Source: Trichodesmium erythraeum IMS101 (GTDB lineage: Bacteria; Cyanobacteriota; Cyanobacteriia; Cyanobacteriales; Microcoleaceae). Taken from it: a stretch of 32,000 nt of DNA. The DNA is taken from contig NC_008312.1 in the NCBI RefSeq assembly GCF_000014265.1, forward strand, positions 2,970,001-3,002,000, written 5' to 3'. Made by a program: the position numbers and the translations under genes. The notes beneath the pieces are model-generated. The model saw only the letters and a program-made list of their open reading frames with translations. It was not told the origin of the DNA and did not search any database. Below, one piece after another: positions 11,377 to 19,931 of the stretch. Each line of letters starts with the position of its first letter. Position 1 is the stretch's first letter.

Positions 11377-11513
11377 TGATAAACTTTTCAATAATTTTTA
11401 GTTTTGAGAAATTTATCAATTGCTTTTTCCTCCTTTAAAGGTAATAAAACTGATGCTGACTGCTGAAAACTTAGGCAATAACTGAATTTTTACTTTTAAC
11501 TTTAACTATAGAT

Positions 11514-13919
11514 ATGGAACAAAAAAAAACTTCTTGGTTATCTCTGTATAATAATCGGGATAAACCCTTGGATTCATCCCTAAGTTCTATTCCTTACTCT
11601 TTACTTCCTAACCATATATATGAAGCTAAGTTTCATGGATCGGAAGAAAAACTATCTGAAAAAGAAAATAAGATTTGGAAATTAATATGTCATTGTTTTT
11701 TCTTGATTTTTAGTGTGACAACTACTACGACAACTGGAGCATATTTCTGGAGTTTGAATCAGATTCCTATATATCAAGGAAAATTTCAAATATTGGTTGA
11801 AGGAGTTATGGTTAAGAATTCAGCTAATCATCAATTGACTATGGATAAAAAAATATTCGGCACAAATTTTGGAGAAGATTGGGAAAAACAGGCAACAAAA
11901 ATTATGGATGGTCAAGATGAAGATATAATGACTTCATATTCACATCAAAATATTATAAAAAATCCAGAGTTAAATAACTATAGCTTAGATTATAAATCAC
12001 AAATTCAAGTGCTAAAAAGTCCGCATATTATGGAGTCAATAATTGCGGAAATTCAAAGGGAGTATCCAGAAATTAATTATAATTTTTTATTTAATAAGCC
12101 AAAAAATGTTTTTTTTACTCGGGAAAAAATTAGAATTCAAAGGTTAGGTGATACGAAAATTTTAGAAGTTAGCTATAATGACTCAGACAAAAATAAAATA
12201 AAGTTTGTATTAGATAAACTGGCGGAAGCTTATATTAAATATGGTCGTGAATATAGTCAAAATAATACTGGTGAAGGGTTAAAGTTTGTTGAGGAACAAA
12301 TTCCTAAATATCAGCAAAAAATTAAAAAATTGCGACAGGAATTACAGGAGTTACAACAAGAGTATCTCTTTATTAATCCAGAAATTAAAAGTCAAGAAAT
12401 AGCAGCAGAAAGGAATCAAATTAAATCTCAAAAAATAGAAAATAAAATATTGCTTGGCCAACAGCGATCGCTCTATACTATGTTGCAAGGTCAGTTGGGA
12501 ATTAATCCTGAAGAAGCCTTGATAGCTTCAGCTTTAAGTCAAGCACAAAGATATCAATCATTATTAAGTAAATTGCAAAAACTGGAAATAACAATTGCTA
12601 TGGAGTCAGCTCGCTTTAAAGAGAAAGCACCTCAAATGCAAGTTTTATATAAAGAGCGAGAAAATTTACTTCCTTTGTTAAATGAAGAGGCCGAAAAAGT
12701 TATTGGCAGAGATATAGAACAAGTAAATAAAAATGCTTTAGCTTTTCAAGACTCTATTCGCCTAGAATTAATTCATAAAATGATATTAGCTGCAAATCAA
12801 ATAGAGGTGATTGCAGTTAGAATTAAAGTCTTGGATGAGGCTGAAGCTAAATTAAATGAATACCAAGAAAAAATGCCAGAATTAGTAAGGCGCTACAGGG
12901 AAATTCAGGAAGAATTAGCAATATTAAATAAAAGGATTAAAAATTTATTAGAAAAACAACAAATATTACAAATAGAAGTAGCTAATACAAAATTACCTTG
13001 GGAATTAATTGCTCCACCAGAATTGCTAAAAACTCAAAAAGGTGAGTTAGTAATAGTCTCTCCCAATATATTATTAAATATGGCTATGGGATTTTTAATA
13101 GGGTTAGTGCTGGGAATATTATTAGCTCTGTTGGGAGAGAAATTTAAGCAAGATGTTTTTGAGACACCAAAAGAAGTAAAAAAGTCTCTTGGTTTGCCTT
13201 TGTTGGGGGTCATTCCTATACATGAACAAAGAATGTGGATAAATGAAGAATTGAAAGAAAAGAAAAGTTCATCTTTGGTTTTATATCCCTCAGTTTTTCA
13301 AGAAGCTTTTCGGACTTTAAATACTAATATTCGTCTACTAAATATCGAAAACCCGATTAATTCTCTTGTAATTAGTTCTGCTTTACCAGGGGATGGTAAA
13401 TCTACAGTAGCGGGTCATTTAGCTAGTGCTGCTGCTGCTATGGGTCAACGAGTGTTATTAATAGATGCTGATGTACGTTGTCCACAAATTCATAATATGA
13501 TGGGATTTTCAAACCAGGAGGGTTTAAGTAGTGTAATTACTGATGGTCTACTAATAGAAGCAGCAATTCAGCGATCGCCTGTGGATGAAAATCTGTTTGT
13601 TTTAACTTCTGGACCTATTCCATCTGACCCAACAAAAATTTTGTCCTCAAGGCGAATGTCACAATTGATTCAAGAGTCAGTAAATACTTTTGATTTAGTG
13701 ATTTGTGATACTGCTCCATTATTGGGAAGAGCGGATGCTAATATATTGGCAGCTTGTACTAATGGATTACTGTTAGTAGTGGGATTGGGCAAAACTGAGC
13801 GAGAGGCTTTAAGTTTAGCTCTGGATGATTTGAGTATAGCAGGTGTGCCGATGTTGGGAATTGTGGGTAATGGCGATCGAGCTGATTCTTATTATCAGCG
13901 ATATTATGATTATGACTAA
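11514..13919 (+). CDS. Exopolysaccharide chain-length determinant / BY-type tyrosine autokinase, Wzc/GumC-like
   Basis: The 801-aa ORF has an N-terminal TM segment, a Wzz-like domain, a long coiled coil and a second TM segment (LLNMAMGFLIGLVLGILLALL). The C-terminal P-loop kinase domain has SSALPGDGKSTVA...LLIDADVRCPQIH...VICDTAPLL and a Tyr-rich tail, DSYYQRYYDYD. Confidence 0.85.
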   Translation: MEQKKTSWLSLYNNRDKPLDSSLSSIPYSLLPNHIYEAKFHGSEEKLSEKENKIWKLICHCFFLIFSVTTTTTTGAYFWSLNQIPIYQGKFQILVEGVMVKNSANHQLTMDKKIFGTNFGEDWEKQATKIMDGQDEDIMTSYSHQNIIKNPELNNYSLDYKSQIQVLKSPHIMESIIAEIQREYPEINYNFLFNKPKNVFFTREKIRIQRLGDTKILEVSYNDSDKNKIKFVLDKLAEAYIKYGREYSQNNTGEGLKFVEEQIPKYQQKIKKLRQELQELQQEYLFINPEIKSQEIAAERNQIKSQKIENKILLGQQRSLYTMLQGQLGINPEEALIASALSQAQRYQSLLSKLQKLEITIAMESARFKEKAPQMQVLYKERENLLPLLNEEAEKVIGRDIEQVNKNALAFQDSIRLELIHKMILAANQIEVIAVRIKVLDEAEAKLNEYQEKMPELVRRYREIQEELAILNKRIKNLLEKQQILQIEVANTKLPWELIAPPELLKTQKGELVIVSPNILLNMAMGFLIGLVLGILLALLGEKFKQDVFETPKEVKKSLGLPLLGVIPIHEQRMWINEELKEKKSSSLVLYPSVFQEAFRTLNTNIRLLNIENPINSLVISSALPGDGKSTVAGHLASAAAAMGQRVLLIDADVRCPQIHNMMGFSNQEGLSSVITDGLLIEAAIQRSPVDENLFVLTSGPIPSDPTKILSSRRMSQLIQESVNTFDLVICDTAPLLGRADANILAACTNGLLLVVGLGKTEREALSLALDDLSIAGVPMLGIVGNGDRADSYYQRYYDYD

Positions 13920-14382
13920 ATTTATCCTCAATATGAAGAAATTAGGTGAGCTACCCGGTTTTGAACTTATGGGTGGTTATAATGATGGGCTATGGCTTCA
14001 TTGGGGAGCTACTTACTCAAAGATCGATTACTCAATTGAGTATCAATAACTCCAAAACTAATGTAAGTTTTAGTTTCTGTAAATTGAGCACGAAGCTTTT
14101 ATCCTTTAATACTAAATCCCACGATAGTTTGCAGGTATTTGTCAGGCCTAAGGGTTCCAAACAAGCATTGCCTTTCTATCCCGAATAGTTGGGAATATTT
14201 CTGGAAAAATTGAAGTTGAGAAAAGGCAACAAGTTAAACTACATTAATAGGTCAGTGGACAAAAAATTAAAGTTCTTGTGAAAAAAAACATGATAACTTT
14301 ATGGGAAAGATATGTTGATCTTCATAAGTATTGAATTATGACTTATGAGAGAGTAATTTTGTGTTTTTGAGGAGAATAAAAA

Positions 14383-15750
14383 ATGCAGATCGCTACAGTT
14401 AATCCAGCAACAGGAGAAGTCCTGAAAACTTTTGAACAAATTACAGATACACAAATAGAGGCTAAACTAGAGTTAGCAGAAAAAACTTTTCGTGCCTATT
14501 GTCAAACTTCTATAACTCAACGTGGAGAATGGTTGTTAGCAGCAGCAGACATTTTAGAAAAAAATGCTGAGAAATTTGGTAAGATAATGACTCTAGAGAT
14601 GGGTAAAACTATAAGTGGAGCGATCGCCGAAGCTAAAAAATGTGCTCTAGTCTGTCGTTACTATGCAGAAAAGGCTACTGAGTTTCTGGCTGATGTTCCT
14701 GCACAAACTGATGCTAGTAAATCATTTGTTCGTTATCAACCAATTGGTCCAGTGCTAGCGGTTATGCCCTGGAATTTTCCTTTTTGGCAGGTTTTCCGTT
14801 TTGCAGCACCAGCTTTAATGGCAGGAAATGTGGGTTTATTGAAACACGCTTCTAATGTTCCTCAATGTGCTTTGGCTATTGAGGAAATTTTTCAAGAAGC
14901 AGGTTTCCCAGAAGGTGTATTTCAAACTCTTTTGATCAGCTCAGATAAAGTGTCTGGTATTATGATGGATGACCGGGTCAAAGCAGGAACTTTAACTGGC
15001 AGTGAACCTGCGGGTGCAAGTTTAGCGGCAACAGCAGGTAGAGCTATTAAAAAAACGGTCTTGGAACTTGGGGGTAGTGACCCTTTTATAGTATTAGAAA
15101 GTGCTGATTTAGAAACAGCAGTTACAACAGCAGTTACAGCTAGGATGCTAAATAATGGTCAATCTTGTATTGCAGCTAAACGTTTTATTTTGGCAGATGC
15201 GATCGCTGATCAATTTCAAGAGGGTTTGGTAGAAAAATTTGAGGCTTTAAAAGTAGGAGACCCTATGTTGCCAGATACTAATATTGGTCCTTTGGCAACT
15301 CCATCTATTCTTGAAGAGTTAAATGCTCAAGTGGAAGCTTCTGTGGAGAAAGGAGCGAAAATTCTCACAGGTGGTCATCTTTTATCTGACCTTCCTGGAA
15401 ATTTTTACCCTCCGACAATTTTAGCTGAGATACCAATAAGTTCTCCTGCTTATCAGGAAGAATTTTTTGGTCCGGTAGCTTTAGTCTTTCGCGTTGCTAA
15501 TATTGATGAAGCAATAAATTTGGCAAATAATACACCTTTTGGTTTAGGTGCAAGTGCATGGACTAAAGATACGGGAGAGACGGAAAGATTAATCTCAGAA
15601 TTAGAGGCTGGTGCTGTTTTTATCAACGGTTTAGTTAAGTCTGATCCACGTCTGCCTTTTGGTGGAATTAAACGTTCTGGTTATGGTCGGGAACTGAGCA
15701 GGGAAGGAATTTTGGAATTTGTCAATATTAAGACTGTTTGGGTTAAATAA
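14383..15750 (+). CDS. NAD(P)-dependent succinate-semialdehyde dehydrogenase (aldehyde dehydrogenase superfamily, Sad/GabD-like)
   Basis: The 455-aa ORF has [18 protein letters not shown], the ELGGSDP catalytic Glu motif, [11 protein letters not shown] with the catalytic Cys, and [17 protein letters not shown] lies upstream. The short (~455 aa) form is typical of SSADH. Confidence 0.8.
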   Translation: MQIATVNPATGEVLKTFEQITDTQIEAKLELAEKTFRAYCQTSITQRGEWLLAAADILEKNAEKFGKIMTLEMGKTISGAIAEAKKCALVCRYYAEKATEFLADVPAQTDASKSFVRYQPIGPVLAVMPWNFPFWQVFRFAAPALMAGNVGLLKHASNVPQCALAIEEIFQEAGFPEGVFQTLLISSDKVSGIMMDDRVKAGTLTGSEPAGASLAATAGRAIKKTVLELGGSDPFIVLESADLETAVTTAVTARMLNNGQSCIAAKRFILADAIADQFQEGLVEKFEALKVGDPMLPDTNIGPLATPSILEELNAQVEASVEKGAKILTGGHLLSDLPGNFYPPTILAEIPISSPAYQEEFFGPVALVFRVANIDEAINLANNTPFGLGASAWTKDTGETERLISELEAGAVFINGLVKSDPRLPFGGIKRSGYGRELSREGILEFVNIKTVWVK

Positions 15751-15846
15751 TTATTTTCGACATGATAGGGTATTTAATATTAATTCGGTTTTGATGCTTT
15801 ATTTATACCAATGCTAACTGATTTAATATAAGGGTCTCATTCACGG

Positions 15847-15867
15847 GTGGGAGTAGGATGCTCCCAC
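15847..15867. terminator. Hairpin between convergent genes, a possible bidirectional terminator
   Basis: GTGGGAG (15847-15853) / CTCCCAC (15861-15867) form a 7-bp stem with a 7-nt loop. There is no clear U-tract on either side. Confidence 0.3.
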
Positions 15868-15898
15868 TAACCAACAAAAACAATTATCCAAACATGGT

Positions 15899-17030
15899 TT
15901 AGCTCTCACTTTCAGCAATGAGAAAATCTTCTGGGGTTAGTAAACTAGAGGCTACCCCTGAAACAAGGGCTAAACGTTGGCTGCCAGAATTAATCACTGT
16001 ATTACCTGATTCTTCGGTTAGAGTCAAATTCTCAAAAGCAATACCCCCATTAAGCTGCAATAAATCAATACCATCCTCAAAGTCCTGAATAATATTGCTA
16101 CCGTTGTCTGGAGCTAACACAAAGCGATCGCTACCCTGACCACCACTAAATGAGTCATTACCCTTGTTGCCTAAGAGGTTATTCTTACTTATACCTCCGA
16201 AAACACGGTTGGCATCTTTCCGCAAAGTAAATCTACTCCAACATCACCTGACAAAATATTGCTAAAATTAGTACCCATAATAACTTGAGCTACTTCTGGT
16301 TACTATTCTGGAGACTTTTGTGGATTTTTGGGGTCGATAATTAGCTATTCTCCTGCTTTATCTTCTGGAGTTGAGTTACCTCCATCAAATTCGCAAGTCT
16401 TTGTTAATTCATTCTCATCAGGTTTCTTTATCTGGGTAGTCTCATCATCATCTTCATCGTCTTTGATATTAAGGTTACAGTTTTTTTGATTCTGATTGAT
16501 TCAATATAAACTGTCAAACAATTGATTTTCGGGGATAATGTGCCCATCGCATTTTGCCCCACAACTGATCGCCCCGCAATAGGCCCTGTCTCAACTTCCA
16601 AATTCCAATCACTCCTAAGGACACTATTCCCCGTCAAATCATTAGAGGCAGCCACATCACGTCCAATTAACCGACTCAAGTCCTCCACAAAAGACCTATG
16701 ATTTTCAGCGCATTACATTTATACAATAGAATATCCCCACCATCAACTATAGCTTGGCCCCAGATATCTAAATGGACAATATAATCCTGCAAATTGCCAT
16801 TATCCAACTGACTATTACTCGAATGCAACACCCCTTCAGACCCGTGGGATAATATTTGGGTATTTTGAGGTTCTGCCGTTTGGCTAAAACATTAATAATG
16901 ACCTCCATACCATCCTGATGGCCATTAATCAGAATAATTTCAGTACTATTACGGTCTATTTCCTCCATTAAATGTTGGTAGTTAGAAATGCTGGTCTCGA
17001 GAAAATTAGGGAATTAGATTGGTTATGCAT
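15899..17030 (-). pseudogene. Decayed DUF4347 / hemolysin-type calcium-binding (RTX) repeat protein gene
   Basis: Three ORF fragments in different frames are collinear with one protein. These are MHNQSNSLIF then LETSISNYQHLMEEIDRNSTEIILINGHQDGMEVIINVLAKRQN (DUF4347 N-terminus), then LSRLIGRDVAASNDLTGNSVLRSDWNLE (DUF4347 end), then GNKGNDSFSGGQGSDRFV...IIQDFEDGIDLLQL (RTX nonapeptides and C-terminus). Several frameshifts and stops interrupt it, and it is far shorter than intact family members. Confidence 0.75.
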
Positions 17031-17482
17031 TACAAAACTCGGTAAGTTTTATATTTTCAATGTCAATTAAAACCCTATAAATTAAGCACTTATAATCATT
17101 AAAAAAAAATAACATTTCTAGGGATTGTAAAGTACAATTTATATTTCTTAATCCTTAGGGAAAACCCATTAGTCAAGAATCACGTTTACTACCTGGTACT
17201 TTAAGAAAAAATAGGTTAAAAATAAGGTAAATAATAAAGCTTTGTTGCACTATGGATGCCCATAGTGTAAAAATGATAGTACAATATTAAGCCGAATGAT
17301 TCAAATAGGTAAACCTAAGAATTATATGGGTTAAAATCTAGTTACTTTTTGGGGGAGTGGTTTGCCTTAGGGAGTTTGTGCGGCAGCTATATCGCCACCT
17401 TCACACAACAAAGTCGTAAATAAGGTAAAGCTGTCAATAAGGTAAATAAGGTAAAAATTTTTAACAGTAATGTTTTTACGTT

Positions 17483-17627
17483 AAAATTTACCTCTGGTAA
17501 AATATATTTTTAAAATTTACCTCTGGTAAAATATATTTTTAAAATTTACCTCTGGTAAAATATATTTTTAAAATTTACCTCTGGTAAAATATATTTTTAA
17601 AATTTACCTCTGGTAAAATATATTTTT
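17483..17627. repeat. Perfect tandem array, 5 x 29 bp, each unit holding the palindrome TTTACC-TCT-GGTAAA
   Basis: The unit AAAATTTACCTCTGGTAAAATATATTTTT starts at 17483, 17512, 17541, 17570 and 17599. There are no spacers. It lies about 340 bp upstream of the ThDP-enzyme gene. Confidence 0.95.
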
Positions 17628-17897
17628 TATTAGCGATTTTTAGTACCCTTGGTATTTCCCTTGCTAATACTGGGTTTAGAACCATTTTCGGTGTGAAAAA
17701 TCTCAAAGTCCAGCTATTGACTAAAGTTTCTCAAAAAAAAGAAGTAAAAAGAAACTTTCAAAGTTCACCTATAGTCTGTTAATGATTTAGGATTACTGTA
17801 TATCCTGTTGTTAAATTTTACAGAACTTACGTATGGCCTCTATATATAATGTATTTTTGATAATTCTTTCAGATGTTTAAACTGCAATTAGTGTTTT

Positions 17898-17913
17898 TGC
17901 GTAAGTCCTGATT
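17898..17913. repeat. Left arm of a perfect 16-bp inverted repeat flanking the ThDP-enzyme gene
   Basis: TGCGTAAGTCCTGATT lies at 17898-17913. Its exact reverse complement lies at 19730-19745. Confidence 0.9.
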
Positions 17914-17967
17914 TTTATAATGTTGATTAAGTTTTTAAATACCTTTTATGAGAGGAGAACAATAAAA

Positions 17968-19605
17968 ATGAACACTGCAGAATTATTAATCAAATGCCTC
18001 GAAAACGAAGGGGTAAAATATATATTTGGACTTCCTGGAGAAGAGAATTTGAACATTTTAGAAGCTCTGAAAAATTCTTCAATCCAATTTATTACTACCC
18101 GACATGAACAAGGTGCTGCTTTTATGGCAGATGTCTACGGTCGTCTAACAGGAAAAGCAGGAGTTTGTTTATCAACATTAGGTCCTGGTGCTACTAATTT
18201 AATGACTGGTGTTGCTGATGCTAATTTGGACGGCGCACCTTTAGTAGCAATTACAGGTCAAGTTGGTACTGATAGAATGCACATAGAATCTCACCAATAT
18301 TTAGATTTGGTGGCTATGTTTTCTCCAGTAACTAAATGGAATGCTCAAATTCTTCGCCCTAGTAATACACCAGAAATTGTTCGCAAAGCATTTAAAGTAG
18401 CTCAACAAGAAAAACCTGGTGCGATTCATATCGACCTACCAGAAAACATTGCAGCGATGTCTGTAGAAGGGAAACCCTTGAAGCAGGACAAGCGGGAAAA
18501 ATCTTATTCTGCTTATCAGAGTATGACCGAAGCAGCAGTGGCAATTTCTAAAGCCAAAAACCCGATGATTTTGGTAGGAAATGGAGCTCTTCGAGGGAAT
18601 GCAAGTGAAATTGTAACGGAGTTTGCTACACGATTAAATATTCCTGTTGCTAATACTTTTATGGGTAAAGGGGTGATTCCTTATACTCATCCTCTGTCTT
18701 TATGGACAACAGGATTACAACAACGGGATTTTATTACTTGTGCTTTTGAGCAAACAGATTTGGTGATTGCAGTTGGTTACGACTTGATTGAATATTCACC
18801 AAAAAAATGGAATCCTCAAGGTAAAATTCCAGTTATTCATGTTGGGGCAAAATATGCAGAGATTGACAGTAGTTATATTCCTATCGCTGAAATAGTAGGA
18901 GATATTTCTGATTCTTTGAATGAAATTTTGCGACGCTCCGAGCGCATAAATCAATTAAGCCCAACTGTATCAGAGATTAGAAAAAGTATGCGCTATGAAT
19001 ATGAGGGACATGGCAAGGATGATGGGTTTCCAATTAAGCCTCAAAAACTAATTTATGATTTACGTCAGGTTATGGGTCCGGAGGATATTGTCATCTCTGA
19101 TGTTGGTGCCCATAAAATGTGGATTGCTAGGCATTATCATTGTGAACGTCCTAATACTTGTTTGATTTCTAACGGATTTGCGGCGATGGGTATTGCGATT
19201 CCAGGAGCGATCGCGGCGAAGTTAGTTTATCCTGAGCGTAAGGTTGTGGCAGCTACGGGGGATGGTGGGTTTATGATGAATTGTCAAGAGTTGGAAACTG
19301 CTTTACGAGTGGGTACTAATTTTGTGACTTTGATTTTTAATGATGGTGGTTATGGTTTGATTGAGTGGAAACAGGAAAACCATTTTGGGGAGTCATCTTT
19401 TATTAAGTTCGGCAATCCAGATTTTGTTAAGTTTGCTGAAAGTTTTGGTTTGAAAGGTTATCGAGTTGAGTCTGCTGCTGATTTAATTCCTACTCTGAAA
19501 GAGGCTCTTGCTCAAGATGTTCCTGCTGTGATAGACTGCCCTATTGATTACCGAGAAAATTCTCGTTTTAGTCAAAAATCAGGTGGTTTAAATTGTTCTG
19601 TTTAG
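17968..19605 (+). CDS. Acetolactate-synthase-like ThDP-dependent enzyme, candidate 2-oxoglutarate decarboxylase of the cyanobacterial TCA bypass
   Basis: MNTAELLIKCLENEGVKYIFGLPGEENL..., HEQGAAFMADVYGRLTGKAG and the ThDP motif GDGGFMMNCQELETA...NDGGYG are present. I chose the start at the ATG at 17968, preceded by GAGAGGAG, not the upstream TTG at 17920. The SSADH gene lies nearby. Confidence 0.8.
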   Translation: MNTAELLIKCLENEGVKYIFGLPGEENLNILEALKNSSIQFITTRHEQGAAFMADVYGRLTGKAGVCLSTLGPGATNLMTGVADANLDGAPLVAITGQVGTDRMHIESHQYLDLVAMFSPVTKWNAQILRPSNTPEIVRKAFKVAQQEKPGAIHIDLPENIAAMSVEGKPLKQDKREKSYSAYQSMTEAAVAISKAKNPMILVGNGALRGNASEIVTEFATRLNIPVANTFMGKGVIPYTHPLSLWTTGLQQRDFITCAFEQTDLVIAVGYDLIEYSPKKWNPQGKIPVIHVGAKYAEIDSSYIPIAEIVGDISDSLNEILRRSERINQLSPTVSEIRKSMRYEYEGHGKDDGFPIKPQKLIYDLRQVMGPEDIVISDVGAHKMWIARHYHCERPNTCLISNGFAAMGIAIPGAIAAKLVYPERKVVAATGDGGFMMNCQELETALRVGTNFVTLIFNDGGYGLIEWKQENHFGESSFIKFGNPDFVKFAESFGLKGYRVESAADLIPTLKEALAQDVPAVIDCPIDYRENSRFSQKSGGLNCSV

Positions 19606-19729
19606 GCTTTGCTGAAAAACTTTTTGGTGAAGGGAAGCAATTGTTGACTTGACAAAAGCTTTTTGAGGTTTAACAGCAGTAAAATTTTTACGAGTTCTAG
19701 TTTCCTGAGGTACATCCAAAACTTAACTC

Positions 19730-19745
19730 AATCAGGACTTACGCA
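19730..19745. repeat. Right arm of the 16-bp inverted repeat flanking the ThDP-enzyme gene
   Basis: AATCAGGACTTACGCA is the exact reverse complement of 17898-17913. Confidence 0.9.
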
Positions 19746-19931
19746 GTGCTGCTTGGTATGGTGTGTTTTTGATAAAAATTTCATATATTTACACTATAAT
19801 TAATGCCTTTTCGTAAGTCCTTTCAATATAAAGTTTATAGGTTCAAGTTTATAGGTTATGTCACGTACCTCACTAGCTTAAAAAGCTATATATTAGTCAG
19901 TTTGATATAATTTTAAACGATAACCTGTATC

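Noticed and set aside
13843-14188. ORFs 13843-14049 and 13946-14188 downstream of or overlapping the wzc end
   Set aside because: The first overlaps the Wzc C-terminus in another frame. Neither has a recognisable motif or RBS, and their composition looks non-coding. I left them unannotated.
15899-16968. ORFs 15899-16225, 16428-16688 and 16768-16968 considered as three separate small genes
   Set aside because: Their translations are consecutive pieces of one DUF4347/RTX-type protein in different frames, so I called them a single pseudogene.
17483-17627. The 29-bp repeated palindromic units considered as a possible CRISPR array
   Set aside because: The units are directly contiguous with no unique spacers between them, and no cas genes are nearby. 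It is a plain tandem repeat.
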